DNA of 64,000 nucleotides from NCBI GenBank assembly GCA_963845065.1, contig CAWJQQ010000006.1:1-64000 (forward strand). Direction: 5' to 3'. Shown piece after piece: positions 27,714-38,598 of this stretch; position 1 is the stretch's first letter; every line of letters begins with the position of its first letter. Source of the DNA: Nitrospirota bacterium (GTDB taxonomy: Bacteria; Nitrospirota; UBA9217). The position numbers and the translations under genes were made by a program. The notes under the pieces are model-generated. The model did not search any database. It was not told where the DNA came from and was given only the letters and a program-made list of their open reading frames with translations.

Positions 27714-30395
27714 TCATCTCTGTTTTCCTTGCTCAGTGTTCGGCCCAACTGTAATCTGAACGAAATCCGCTGGACGGATCCATTTCGTAAATACTTCGCG
27801 TACCTCGTCTGCCGTTGTCTCTAAGAACTTTCCCGCTGCCCGGACAGACTCATCGAGCGGCAGATCTTCGAGCGAACTAGACAACAGTGTTCCGGCAATG
27901 CTATCTATACTCGCCTCGCCAAGCGGAACTTTTCTCACCAAGAGCGTCTTGGCCAAACGCAGTTCTTCCTGCGGAACCGTTGTTGTCTGCATATCACGCA
28001 GGTTACGCTCTACCATAGCCCGCGCCTTGGACGCATTCGGCGGATCGCAGGCATAGATCACGCCGAAGAGAGATCTGTTTTTGCCCGCCTCAATAAACGA
28101 CTCAACAGAATAAACAAGTCCTGCCTTTTCGCGAAGATCGTGGTACAACCGCGTAGCATAGAATGCTCCTGACAGCACATGGTTACCGAGCTGGAGTTTA
28201 TAATAGTCCTGATTGGAGCGTGTCATTCCTACCGTTTCGGCGAGCGTCACCTGATCCTGGACGCTGTTCGCATCGGGAATAATGGCAACTGTTGGTCTAT
28301 TCGGCGGTACTGGCGGAAGGTCTGTTTGGGGCTTTTGCCCTGATGCTTTCCATGAGCCGAAATATTTTTCTACGGCTGAGCGGGCTTGCTTCGGCGTCAC
28401 CTGGCCGACGATCACGATAGTCGTCATGTCGGGACGGAATGCCTTGGAGTAATAGGCCCTGACGTCCTTAAGTGAGAGCGCCGCCACCGACTCCGGTGTT
28501 GCGTCGCGAAGCACAGGGTCGTTCTTAGGATAGAGCGCTTCGCGTAGCGCCCGTTTTGAAAAATAGGCCGGGCTCTGAATTTGCCCGCGGAGCGAGCTGA
28601 TCAATTCCTGTTGGACCACGGTGAACGATGCATTGGGTAGCTCAGGATGCAGCAGGTCGTCTGCAAGTAGTTCCATGCCGCGCTCAAAACGATCTGACAG
28701 GACCCTGAGTGAAAACGATGAACCTGTTGTAATATCCGCAGCAATATCATCCTGGGCCTTCTGAAAAGCAATTCGGTCATAGGAAGCCGTGCCGTAAGAG
28801 AAAAGACCCTCGAGCACATCAGAAACGCCCTCTTTACCCGCCGGCTCTTCTAGATCGTCGTTATTTTTTACCTGGCCGACCACGCTTACCGTAGGGCTGA
28901 TACTCTCCTGTTGGATAATCAGGCGGATCCCATTAGGGAGCAAGGTTACGATGGGGCTTACCTTCGATGTTGGAAGAGGAGGAACTGCCTCTGCTTTTTT
29001 GGCCCAGGCCGGTAATGCGACCGGTTTTGTTTCACTCGGTGTAAAAATCTCCGTGCCCCCGAAGCCCTTCGAAGATATGGGTTTGCCCGAGGGGCGCGGC
29101 GTAAGGACGGCTGTTATTGCCGTATCATTGACGAGATACTGCCTGGCAACACGGTTAACGTCTTCCGCAGTCACGTTCCTGATAGCATGGATATCATCTT
29201 CGGGAGAATTCCTGCCTTCGACCGCAATTGCATCCGACCAGGAAGCGGCAAGATCGGAAACAGAATTCTTCTCGAATTCATCATCTGCGATTTCATGCCG
29301 CTTTGCTGCCTCGATGAGGTCTTTCGGAACGCCGTTCTTCAGGTAGCCGGAAATAATATCTTCTATTACGCGAACAATAGCTGTTCCATCGCCTGCCTGA
29401 GGAAAAGCGACAAGCGCATACCCGTATGCCGCTTTGGGCAGTACTTCTCCATCGAAAGTGGTAGACAACGCCTTTCCCTCGGAGACCAAGTCGTAAAGAT
29501 TCCCCCTCTTGCTATCGAGGACGTCAGCAAGGATCATTCCAGCGGCGTAATCAGGGCTATTATATCCGGGCAGGCGATATGCAACAGCAGCAAGCCCGTA
29601 GGAGAGATCGGTATCGAAGGAAATGGAACCCGCCTTGAGCGGCTGTAGTTTAATTGTTGGCCGGGCAGGCACAGTCCGGCTTGGGATCGATTCGAAAAGC
29701 TCCTTCACCAGAGCCAGTATTTTACGGAGGTCGACGTCACCTACAATAACAAGGATTGCATTGTTTGGTGCATACCAGGTTTGATGGAACTCCTTCAACA
29801 TAGCGCCAGTAGTCTTCTCGAATGAGGGGCGCGTGCCGAGTGCATCGTGGGCATAAGGTGTTCCCGCAAACATCCCCGCCAAAAGCTGCATGGAAAAAAG
29901 ATAATCCGGGCTTGAAATATCCTGTGCCACCTCCTGCTCGATCGCTCCCCGTTCCTGTTCCCACAATTCCTGCGAGTCAAGTACATCACGCATGCGTATT
30001 GCTTCCACGTTCAGGGCCACGTCAAGATTATCCTTCGGCACTGTAAAAAAATACTGGGTCACGTTCTGCTGTGTGTCAGCGTTAAATTCACCACCCATGA
30101 GCGCCATAATGTTCGCAAGCTGTGCCGCGGACAGTCCTGGGCTCCCGCGAAACATCATATGTTCCTGCGCGTGCGCCATGCCCGGGAATCCTTCCGGGGC
30201 TTCATCGGAGCCCACAAGATAGTTCACTACCGTGGTAACCACCGGCGCCAGCTGATTCTGTATGATCACGACTTTCAGGCCGTTCGCAAGCGTTGACCGC
30301 AGCACGTTTCCGTTCTCACCAAATGATGTTGAAGAAATGGCAATCAGAAATAATATCATGACAAATATGAGGGCGAGGGACTTCCGGATTTTCAT
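27714..30395 (-). CDS. M16 family zinc metallopeptidase (pitrilysin-like), exported
   Basis: Signal peptide, GMAHAQEHMMFRGS (HxxEH), duplicated M16 halves. Confidence 0.93.
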   Translation of the reverse strand: MKIRKSLALIFVMILFLIAISSTSFGENGNVLRSTLANGLKVVIIQNQLAPVVTTVVNYLVGSDEAPEGFPGMAHAQEHMMFRGSPGLSAAQLANIMALMGGEFNADTQQNVTQYFFTVPKDNLDVALNVEAIRMRDVLDSQELWEQERGAIEQEVAQDISSPDYLFSMQLLAGMFAGTPYAHDALGTRPSFEKTTGAMLKEFHQTWYAPNNAILVIVGDVDLRKILALVKELFESIPSRTVPARPTIKLQPLKAGSISFDTDLSYGLAAVAYRLPGYNSPDYAAGMILADVLDSKRGNLYDLVSEGKALSTTFDGEVLPKAAYGYALVAFPQAGDGTAIVRVIEDIISGYLKNGVPKDLIEAAKRHEIADDEFEKNSVSDLAASWSDAIAVEGRNSPEDDIHAIRNVTAEDVNRVARQYLVNDTAITAVLTPRPSGKPISSKGFGGTEIFTPSETKPVALPAWAKKAEAVPPLPTSKVSPIVTLLPNGIRLIIQQESISPTVSVVGQVKNNDDLEEPAGKEGVSDVLEGLFSYGTASYDRIAFQKAQDDIAADITTGSSFSLRVLSDRFERGMELLADDLLHPELPNASFTVVQQELISSLRGQIQSPAYFSKRALREALYPKNDPVLRDATPESVAALSLKDVRAYYSKAFRPDMTTIVIVGQVTPKQARSAVEKYFGSWKASGQKPQTDLPPVPPNRPTVAIIPDANSVQDQVTLAETVGMTRSNQDYYKLQLGNHVLSGAFYATRLYHDLREKAGLVYSVESFIEAGKNRSLFGVIYACDPPNASKARAMVERNLRDMQTTTVPQEELRLAKTLLVRKVPLGEASIDSIAGTLLSSSLEDLPLDESVRAAGKFLETTADEVREVFTKWIRPADFVQITVGPNTEQGKQR

Positions 30396-30587
30396 GATGA
30401 TCTCCAGTGGGAATGCGAAATACTGTCTCCTGATCAATTGTCACCATTAATTTTAGCGCAGATAAAATGGAAGTCAACAAGTGTACGTGAATAACGCTGA
30501 TACACAACACACAATAATCTCAAGTGCCTGTATTAATTCGAGAGGAGTGTATTTGAGAGGCATGGGTCAAAGATCAAGTTAAAATCA

Positions 30588-30742
30588 GTGGCACGTGGTG
30601 GATCCGTAGTACCCTCCGGCCCCTCTTGACCTCTGCAATCCCGCACTGAATTCCTGCGCTTCGAAACAATATCTGAAGTCGTATGCCGATGGGTGGCTTC
30701 CTTGAGTTACCGCGAGGATGGCGATCGACGGGCCCTCTGCCA
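30588..30742. ncRNA. Putative structured ncRNA (6S-like rod?)
   Basis: Terminal pairing TGGCA/TGCCA and GGATCCGT/ACGGGCCC, plus CCTC/GAGG and apical CTTC/GAAG stems. Confidence 0.25.
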
Positions 30743-30744
30743 GA

Positions 30745-31110
30745 CTAATTCTCTTCCGATAATTCGGTCCGAACGAGCGCCAGAATCGCCGAATGTGGGA
30801 CAATAAGGTACTTCTTCTCTTCAAACTCGATCTCCATTGCAGAGTCCTTGAGGAAAATCGCATAATCACCTTCCGCCGCCTGGAGAGGAACATATTTTAC
30901 TTCCTGCTTCCCCATTTGCCACGACTCGTTCGGCGTCGTGTCCGGAATTGCATAGCCAGGTCCAGTTTTTACAACATGGCCTCCAAGGATCTTCTCCTTT
31001 TCCTTGACTGTAGGTGGAAGATATAGCCCCGAGGGAGTTTTGTCCATGCGCTCGTCAGGATCAACGAGAACGCGATCTCCCACAATAATTAGGTTCTTCT
31101 TCGCTTTCAT
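30745..31110 (-). CDS. Co-chaperone GroES family protein (stand-alone)
   Basis: GDRVLV, TPSGLYLP, GHVVKTGPG, KYLIV..SAILA. Confidence 0.85.
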   Translation of the reverse strand: MKAKKNLIIVGDRVLVDPDERMDKTPSGLYLPPTVKEKEKILGGHVVKTGPGYAIPDTTPNESWQMGKQEVKYVPLQAAEGDYAIFLKDSAMEIEFEEKKYLIVPHSAILALVRTELSEEN

Positions 31111-31257
31111 GATCAGCCTCGCATTCTTGTGACTACTGCCTGTACTTCTCGCATTATAATAGGTTTTAAAAATATCGCAAGGGTCTCGACCACTAGTAAC
31201 AATATCAATTGAAGCAGCAGCCGGAACCGCAGCGTTATCGTGATCTCGGACGGTAAA

Positions 31258-31674
31258 CTACTTATACTGATTTTTTTTACTGCTGGTGAAATGCGACAGG
31301 ATAGTCGCAAGTTTGTATCTCCGGTCCGCGAACCACCGGTATGCGATGCGGGAGATGGCCTGTGAGCCTGGGAGTTTGAAGGGAAGAGCTGCGAAACGAT
31401 AATGCTTGAGCCGCAAGAACACCTCTGGCATGGCTTGTTCGCCGACCAGGACCGTTCCGTTGGGAAGGACCAGGTGCATCGCTTTCATGCAATCCGCGCG
31501 CTTTATCTCAGGGAACCTCGAGAACGTTTCTTCCATCTGGCATGGCAGCATGACAAAGGAGTTTTCAATCTCGTTTTCCCTGATCCACGCGATCGTCCCA
31601 CAACAGAGAGGACAGGACCCGTCGTAGATTAGTGTTGCCTGTTCCTGGTTTTTCATACAGTCCGTCTTGTTCAT
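31258..31674 (-). CDS. DCC1-like thiol-disulfide oxidoreductase (DUF393)
   Basis: LIYDGSCPLC, YRWFADRRY. Confidence 0.85.
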   Translation of the reverse strand: MNKTDCMKNQEQATLIYDGSCPLCCGTIAWIRENEIENSFVMLPCQMEETFSRFPEIKRADCMKAMHLVLPNGTVLVGEQAMPEVFLRLKHYRFAALPFKLPGSQAISRIAYRWFADRRYKLATILSHFTSSKKNQYK

Positions 31675-32201
31675 GGCATGCCTTACAATAGAATGCATTT
31701 CATGCCGCAGTGCCTCCGGGAATGTTCGGTAGTAAATATACATCTGTGCCAGCCTCGGCAATGACTCAATATTGATGATGAACGAACAACAGTTGAATTC
31801 GTTCTGCTGTCCGGCCAAAGCCTAAATAAAATCAATGAACCGTAGGCTCGGGTGGACAATCAAGTCGGCCTTGAGCATGCCGATGCTTTTGATAAGTAGG
31901 TCGTACGCTCCCTTCATTAGCGCTTGGTAAAGTTATGAAAAGAGCCGGCCTTCTTGCTTTATCAGATTCCTGTTGCATCTCCAAAATTAAAAAACCAACG
32001 TCTGTTCGCACTATCCTTTAGTTACCCGCCATCATCCGTAAAAGCAGTTCGCGGCCTTCCGCACACTCTTCAAGAAAGGTTTGGCTTAATCCGATGGAAT
32101 CTATCTGGATTTATTTATAGCTCCAAGTGGTCCTCACTGTCAAGGACCGGCTCGGCGCGAGCAGACCTTTTACGCTGGGAACTGAAATGGAGGGAAAAAG
32201 A

Positions 32202-32645
32202 TTACGCCGCGTTGCGCTCGCCCTGTACTGCATAGCTCCGGAAATCTTGCTCAATGCCCTGGATAAAATTTTCACGTCGTTTCTTGTAAGAAAAAGTCTT
32301 GATACTTATAAAAATCCGGTAATCGATGTAAAAATAAAGCTCAAAACTGCTCACAGCTAATGCGGACAAGATGAAGCCGCTCTTTAGCCGCAGCAATTCC
32401 TGATGGGCCTGGAAGTCCACGCCGCACAGCACAATTACGCCCAGGACCAGAACGACAAGGATGAGATTGAAGACCATATAGAATCTGCGCTGGAGCTCCC
32501 TGAACTCGATGGACTCCACATAATCAAACATCCTTCCGGCCTTCTCCTCAAACGTTTCCCAGTCACAATTCCGCGCGTAATAGAGAAGCCCGTTGCGATA
32601 ACTTTCCACCTCCTGATTGAATAGTTCGGCAAGCTCCTTTTTCAT
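32202..32645 (-). CDS. Hypothetical membrane protein
   Basis: 147 aa, two TM segments, AGGTGA RBS. Confidence 0.7.
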   Translation of the reverse strand: MKKELAELFNQEVESYRNGLLYYARNCDWETFEEKAGRMFDYVESIEFRELQRRFYMVFNLILVVLVLGVIVLCGVDFQAHQELLRLKSGFILSALAVSSFELYFYIDYRIFISIKTFSYKKRRENFIQGIEQDFRSYAVQGERNAA

Positions 32646-33293
32646 GCCATCTCACCTGCACTTTCTATCAAGGGTCATTCACGGGGGTATCAATAATGCC
32701 CTCTGAACTGTATATTTTACCCCGATGGAATGTGCTCGACGATCCCGCTAATGTCTCATTCGCTGCACCGTTCTATATTTTGTATGAGAGCTTTGCAGCG
32801 CATTCCCGGAATTTTTTGTTAGCCTCCAGACCGAAAGGATCTTCGGCAACAGGGCCTTGGGTTCTATTTGGGTAGCGCCGCTATTCATTCAGGCCCAGAT
32901 AAAGTTCCGCTTGGCTGACGCGAGACGCGTAGCACATCCAAAAATATGCTGTCCTGGTGCGATTGCTGCACTAATCGAGGTCATCTCTTTCTTGTAGACA
33001 TAGCAAAGGGCTGTGAAATATAGCTTGTCCTCCAGGTTCACCTCGCCTTCACGACATAGACAAATTTAGAAAATATAACAGCAAAAATCATGCCGAACCA
33101 GTTTCGAGGTACTATAGTAATAAAGGAGCGGACAAAATAAGTCATTTCTTAAGTTTATCAAATGGATAATTCGTTTCGTCTGCTAGGACATGGTTAACTG
33201 TGGCACGTCTCGAGAAAGAGAACCTAAAAAATAGATAGGTCAAAATCATCATCATATAGAAAAATTGACATATTTTTTATTATGTCAAGGTGG

Positions 33294-34565
33294 TTAGAGG
33301 TTTCCCCTCAACCTCTCGGCATTCAATATCCGCTTTACGGCCAGTTCGTATGCCGCCTTGCGCATCCTGCAGCGGCCTTCCCGGCAGCGGCCTTGTACAT
33401 CATTAAAGGCGGAGATCATGGTTTCCTTGAGCCGCGAAAGGACTTTTTCTTCAGGCCAGGTGTCTCCGTTCAGATTCTGGCTCCATTCGAAGTAGCTGAC
33501 CACAACACCTCCCGCGTTTGCGAGAATATCTGGGATGAGGAGGATGTCCCTAGTAAAGAGAATATCATCGGCTGCCGCAGTCGTAGGGGCATTAGCGAGT
33601 TCAAGAATGAACTGCGCCTTCACGTCCTTTGCATTGTTCGCATCGAGCTGATTCGAAAGCGCCGCAGGAATCAGTACATCGCAATCGGTTGTAAGAAGCT
33701 CGGCGTTGGTTATCTCCCTCGCGCCGGAAAAATTAACGATGCTGCCCGTTCTTTTTTTGTGCTCTCCGACTGCGGGGATATCGAGGCCTTGCGGGTTGAG
33801 TATACCTCCGTTGACATCGCTCACAGCTATGACAGTATAGCCTCGTTCGTAAAGGATCTGCGCTGTATTTTCGCCAACATTACCAAACCCCTGGACTGCA
33901 ACGCGCATCCCATGGGAATCCCTCCCACGGTCCTCTAAGGCCTGTTCGAGCACATGGATACCACCCAAAGCAGTGGAATATCGGCGTGCGACGATACCTC
34001 CGAGTTCAGGAGGTTTCCCGGTGACCACAGCGGGCACATGCTCACGCTTGATCCTTTCGAATTCATCGAGGATCCAAGCCATGATTTGTTCGTCAGTGTA
34101 GACATCGGGCGCGGGAATATCTTTAAATGGGCCGATGTAGTCGGCGATGGCCCGGATATAGCCCCGCGTCACGAGTTCGAGATCCCGCCGGGAAATGTCC
34201 ATGGGATTGACGACCACACCGCCTTTTGCACCTCCGAAAGGAATGTTCACAACCGCACACTTGAGGGCCATGAGAAATGCAAGTTCTCCTGCGTGGTCTG
34301 CATCCATCTCCGGGTGGAACCGGATGCCCCCTTTGGCAGGCCCGCGGGCGTCATTGTATTGCACGCGAAAACCTGTGAACATCTGCGTTTTGCCTGTAGT
34401 CATCTTGACTGGGAAGCTTACCGTGAAGGTCTGCCGCGGCACTGACAGGAGGTCCAGAGCATCTTGGGTGAGTCCAAGTTCGATGTAGATCGTCTGCAGT
34501 TCGGTCATGCCGACGCTACGAAGATCTTTTTCGTCTCGGTGGAGACGGTCGTGATTGCGATTCAT
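33294..34565 (-). CDS. gdhA: Glu/Leu/Phe/Val dehydrogenase (glutamate dehydrogenase)
   Basis: RGPAKGGIRFH, PFGGAKGG, DIPAPD, QGFGNVG, NAGGVVVSYFEW. Confidence 0.92.
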   Translation of the reverse strand: MNRNHDRLHRDEKDLRSVGMTELQTIYIELGLTQDALDLLSVPRQTFTVSFPVKMTTGKTQMFTGFRVQYNDARGPAKGGIRFHPEMDADHAGELAFLMALKCAVVNIPFGGAKGGVVVNPMDISRRDLELVTRGYIRAIADYIGPFKDIPAPDVYTDEQIMAWILDEFERIKREHVPAVVTGKPPELGGIVARRYSTALGGIHVLEQALEDRGRDSHGMRVAVQGFGNVGENTAQILYERGYTVIAVSDVNGGILNPQGLDIPAVGEHKKRTGSIVNFSGAREITNAELLTTDCDVLIPAALSNQLDANNAKDVKAQFILELANAPTTAAADDILFTRDILLIPDILANAGGVVVSYFEWSQNLNGDTWPEEKVLSRLKETMISAFNDVQGRCREGRCRMRKAAYELAVKRILNAERLRGNL

Positions 34566-34669
34566 GTTCACCTCGGAAGTTTCTCTAAGAGTTGAAAGAT
34601 TTGAGTTTGGAGAAAAATCTTTCCACACTCAAATCGCACACTTCGTATTACCAACGCTGACTCCAACTA

Positions 34670-36091
34670 TCATTTCACCAGTCCCGTCTTCCTCGCCGTT
34701 TCAGAAACGGCGGCAGCAACATGGGCCGGAACCTTCCTATCAAAGGGACTTGGAATGATATAATCCTCATGTAACTCTTCCGTCTCGATACAGTGGGCTA
34801 TGGCCTTTGCAGCAGCGAGTTTCACGGCTTCGTTTACACCATGGGCACGCACGTCAAGGAGCCCGCGGAAGATGCCAGGGAAGCCGAGCATGTTGTTGAT
34901 CTGGTTCGGATAGTCGGATCGTCCCGTTGCCATGATCCGCACCAAGTCATGAACGTCCTCGGGCGAAATTTCGGGGTCAGGGTTTGCAAGTGCGAAAACG
35001 ACGGGATCCTTCGCCATTTTCTTAACATCCTCGGCGGAAATGACGTTCGGAGCCGAAAGACCAATGAAGATGTCAGCTCCCCTCATGGCTTCTGAAATCC
35101 CACCCTTCAAGTTCCGCGGGTTCGTAATTTTAGCAAGCTCGCGTTTGGCGGGGTCCATGCCCAGCTTTCTGCCAACGGAGAGGACGCCTGTGCTATCGCA
35201 TACGGTAATGTCCTTGACGCCCGATGTCAGGAGGATTTTGGTTACAGCCGTACCCGCGGCGCCTGCACCTACTACGACGACCTTGAACTTTTTAATGTCC
35301 CGTTTCAAGAGTCGCGAGACATTGATGAGTGCGGCTAGTGCAACAACCGATGTCCCGTGCTGGTCATCATGGAATACGGGAATGTCGAGCAGTTTTCTAA
35401 GTCTTTTTTCTACCGCAAAACAGTGTGGCGCGGAAAAATCTTCAAGGTTGATGCCACCGAACGTCGGCGCTATATTCTTCACGGTCTCAACAATCTCGTC
35501 CACGTTTTTCGTGGCGAGCACGATCGGGAAGGCATCGATATTGGCGAACTCCTTAAAGATCATTGCCTTCCCCTCCATAACGGGAAGCGCTGCTTCGGGC
35601 CCGATGTCACCGAGACCCAGGACAGCCGTGCCGTCAGATATGACGGCAACAGAATTACCCTTTAAAGTGTAGCGATAGGCATGCTCTTTGTTCTCAAAGA
35701 TGTCCATGCACACGCGCGCCACGCCCGGGGTATAGACCTTGGAGAGGTCGCTCCGGTCTCGTACTGGCAGCTTGTTTTTGATCTCGATCTTACCACCTTC
35801 GTGTGCTAGGAAGGTGCGGTCAGAGACCCTAATGACCTTAACGCCTGTCACAGTCTTGATCGCTTTTACAATTGCCTTCTCGTGTTCCTCATTCTGGGCG
35901 TTTACGGTGATATCGCGGATGATCTTGCCCTTCTCCACGCGCACGATGTCCACGGAGCCAAGGTCGCCCCCCGCACTAGAAATAGCCGTGGCAATCCTCG
36001 CGAACATTCCAATCTTGTTCTCGATCTCAACTCTGATGCTGATGCTGTAACTGGGACTGCAACTGTAGTCGGAAGTGCATGCGTCGTTCAT
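34670..36091 (-). CDS. NAD-dependent malic enzyme with N-terminal ACT domain
   Basis: YTPGVA, DGTAVLGLG, NLED, FHDDQHGT, ALANP. Confidence 0.93.
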   Translation of the reverse strand: MNDACTSDYSCSPSYSISIRVEIENKIGMFARIATAISSAGGDLGSVDIVRVEKGKIIRDITVNAQNEEHEKAIVKAIKTVTGVKVIRVSDRTFLAHEGGKIEIKNKLPVRDRSDLSKVYTPGVARVCMDIFENKEHAYRYTLKGNSVAVISDGTAVLGLGDIGPEAALPVMEGKAMIFKEFANIDAFPIVLATKNVDEIVETVKNIAPTFGGINLEDFSAPHCFAVEKRLRKLLDIPVFHDDQHGTSVVALAALINVSRLLKRDIKKFKVVVVGAGAAGTAVTKILLTSGVKDITVCDSTGVLSVGRKLGMDPAKRELAKITNPRNLKGGISEAMRGADIFIGLSAPNVISAEDVKKMAKDPVVFALANPDPEISPEDVHDLVRIMATGRSDYPNQINNMLGFPGIFRGLLDVRAHGVNEAVKLAAAKAIAHCIETEELHEDYIIPSPFDRKVPAHVAAAVSETARKTGLVK

Positions 36092-36428
36092 AAATGATCT
36101 CCTTTTTATTTAATTATAGAATCAATATATCCTATGGTCAACTCTGGTTCGCTGAATATATATGATAGAGATAAAGAGGCAATTCCCCGAACGCAGGATC
36201 CACGTCAATAATTATAATTTGCTGCTTCCTCTTTTTTAAATATCACAGTGCAAAAAAAATGAGGTATGTATAATTCCTCCGTAATTTATCATGAAGTGTC
36301 CTCATTGCAAAGATGCGTAGTTTCGAAACTTATTTGTACTGTTCCTCTGGACTTTTTTGAACTTTGCGATTATACTGCCATCGTTCCGTTTTTCAATATT
36401 CCGGCGCCGGATGTGACAAAGGATTACT

Positions 36429-37823
36429 ATGATCAACTATCGCATCGATAAAGATTCCCTCGGAGAAATAAAGGTCCCTGCAGACGCTCTGTACAGCGCT
36501 CAGACGCAGCGAGCTGTCGAAAACTTCCCCGTGAGCGGCATCGGTTTCCCTCGCGCTTTCCTCCGCGCCCTCGGACTCATCAAGGCCACGGCCGCGGAGG
36601 TGAACTCCGGACTGGCATTGCTCGATGCCGCGATCGCTCAAGCCATTCATCAGGCCGCTCTCGAAATGGCTGATGGAAAATTGGACAACGATTTTCCGCT
36701 CGATATTTTCCAGACAGGCTCCGGTACGTCCACGAACATGAACGCAAACGAGGTCATCGCAAGCCGTGCAACACAAATTCTTGGCGCCTCAGCAATACCC
36801 GTCCATCCCAATAATCATGTGAACATGGGTCAATCATCAAACGACATCATTCCAGCCGCAATCCATGTCAGTTCTTATCTCGAAGTAAATGAAAATCTTC
36901 TGCCGGCACTCAGGCATCTTCAGGGAATGCTCAAAAAACGCGAAGCGGAGTTTCACGATATTGTAAAAACGGGCAGGACGCATTTAATGGATGCCATGCC
37001 GGTGAGGCTCAGCCAGGAAATCAGCGGCTGGGCGTATCAGGTCGAGTTGGCTGTCGCGCGAATAGAATCCACGTTGCCCCGCCTGGCACAGCTTGCTATC
37101 GGCGGCACTGCAGTAGGCACCGGTATCAATGCACCAAAAGAGTTCGGTAAGATCGTCGCAAGCAGGCTTGGTGGCCTCACCAAGCTCCCCTTTGTCGAGG
37201 CCGATAACCATTTTGCTGCGCAGGCGACCATGGATTCCGCTGTTGAGCTCTCCGGCCAGTTAAAAACCACGGCTTCATCATTCATGAAGATGGCCAATGA
37301 CCTCCGCTGGATGAACAGTGGTCCGATTGCAGGACTCGGGGAGATATCCCTCCCGGCACTACAGCCGGGATCGAGCATCATGCCAGGCAAGGTGAACCCT
37401 GTCATGTGTGAGATGATGATGATGGTCTGCGCTCAGATCACGGGGAATGATGTCGCGATCACGATCTGCAATCAGCAGGGCAATTTTGAATTGAACGTTA
37501 TGCTCCCAGCTATAGCGCACAACCTGCTGCAGTCCATTAAACTACTCGGGAACGCATCGCGACTTCTTGCGGACAAGGCCATTGCCGGCTTCACTGTGAA
37601 CAAGGATCGTATTGCGGGCCTTGTGGACCAGAACCCGATCCTAGTAACCGCGCTAAACCCCGTGATCGGTTATGATAAGGCCGCGAAGATTGCGAAAAAA
37701 GCGTATGCAGAAGGACGGTCTGTAAGGGATGTCGCCGCGGAATTGACGAAGCTGTCGAAGGCTGAATTAAATAAGTTGCTCGATCCCATCCCAATGACTG
37801 AGGGCGGGATCACACAGGAGTAG
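36429..37823 (+). CDS. fumC: Class II fumarate hydratase
   Basis: QTGSGTSTNMNANE, GRTHLMDA, GSSIMPGKVNP. Confidence 0.95.
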   Translation: MINYRIDKDSLGEIKVPADALYSAQTQRAVENFPVSGIGFPRAFLRALGLIKATAAEVNSGLALLDAAIAQAIHQAALEMADGKLDNDFPLDIFQTGSGTSTNMNANEVIASRATQILGASAIPVHPNNHVNMGQSSNDIIPAAIHVSSYLEVNENLLPALRHLQGMLKKREAEFHDIVKTGRTHLMDAMPVRLSQEISGWAYQVELAVARIESTLPRLAQLAIGGTAVGTGINAPKEFGKIVASRLGGLTKLPFVEADNHFAAQATMDSAVELSGQLKTTASSFMKMANDLRWMNSGPIAGLGEISLPALQPGSSIMPGKVNPVMCEMMMMVCAQITGNDVAITICNQQGNFELNVMLPAIAHNLLQSIKLLGNASRLLADKAIAGFTVNKDRIAGLVDQNPILVTALNPVIGYDKAAKIAKKAYAEGRSVRDVAAELTKLSKAELNKLLDPIPMTEGGITQE

Positions 37824-37850
37824 TTTATCTTTTTCTATTCGAGGGATAGG

Positions 37851-38525
37851 ATGAATATATTACCGGCATCAACAGTTGGGAAAAAAATTCTTATGGCCAT
37901 CTCCGGCCAGATACTTGTTCTCTTTATCATCTTTCACATCGTCGGCAACTCTACGATTTTTTTCCATATGCTGAACACCTACGCTGTGGGTCTCCACCAT
38001 TTGATGCTCTTGGTCTGGGGAGGGCGGATCCTCCTCATAGCTGCCTTCGCAATCCATATTTATTATGGAACAGTGCTCAAGCTTGAGAATTACGCCGCAA
38101 AACCCCAGACCTATGCCGTAAGCCGTTTCCGTCAGGCCACATTCTCAGGACGATACCAGATATGGACAGGAGTTGTGGTTCTTGCTTTTCTCATCTATCA
38201 TTTGCTTCAATTTTCGTTTTTGCTCCTCATAGACCCCGCGATTTCGCCGGTATCCCATCCTGACGCAATGGGCAGGCCCGATGTATTTACGATGGTCGTA
38301 CGAAGTTTCCAGGAACTGGGAATAGTTTTAACCTACATCATTGCCTTAGGAGCGCTTATGCTACATCTGCTCCACGGCATCCAGAGTTCATTCCAAACTT
38401 GGGGCCTCACCAACGAGACGACACTCCCCGTGATCGAAAAGTCCGGGATTGTAGCGTCGATCTTGCTGTTTCTGTGGTATTGTGCAATCCCGAGTGTGAT
38501 CGTTTTGGGGATATTAAAAGGATAA
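37851..38525 (+). CDS. sdhC: Succinate dehydrogenase/fumarate reductase cytochrome b subunit
   Basis: GKKILMAISG, H..GN, HLLHG.QS.FQT; five TM segments. Confidence 0.9.
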   Translation: MNILPASTVGKKILMAISGQILVLFIIFHIVGNSTIFFHMLNTYAVGLHHLMLLVWGGRILLIAAFAIHIYYGTVLKLENYAAKPQTYAVSRFRQATFSGRYQIWTGVVVLAFLIYHLLQFSFLLLIDPAISPVSHPDAMGRPDVFTMVVRSFQELGIVLTYIIALGALMLHLLHGIQSSFQTWGLTNETTLPVIEKSGIVASILLFLWYCAIPSVIVLGILKG

Positions 38526-38598
38526 GGATAATGGGCAAAGAGCAGAGGTATTTGCTTCCCGTACACGACGTGCCCAACACATTGCGCGGAGATAAACT

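Noticed and set aside
32700..33060. Possible minus-strand pseudogene
   Set aside because: Protein-like fragments with stops but no identifiable family.
33282..35672. Long antisense ORFs (218, 163 and 210 aa) opposite gdh and malic enzyme, and similar shadows elsewhere
   Set aside because: Fully overlap well-supported genes and show no motifs; codon-bias shadows.
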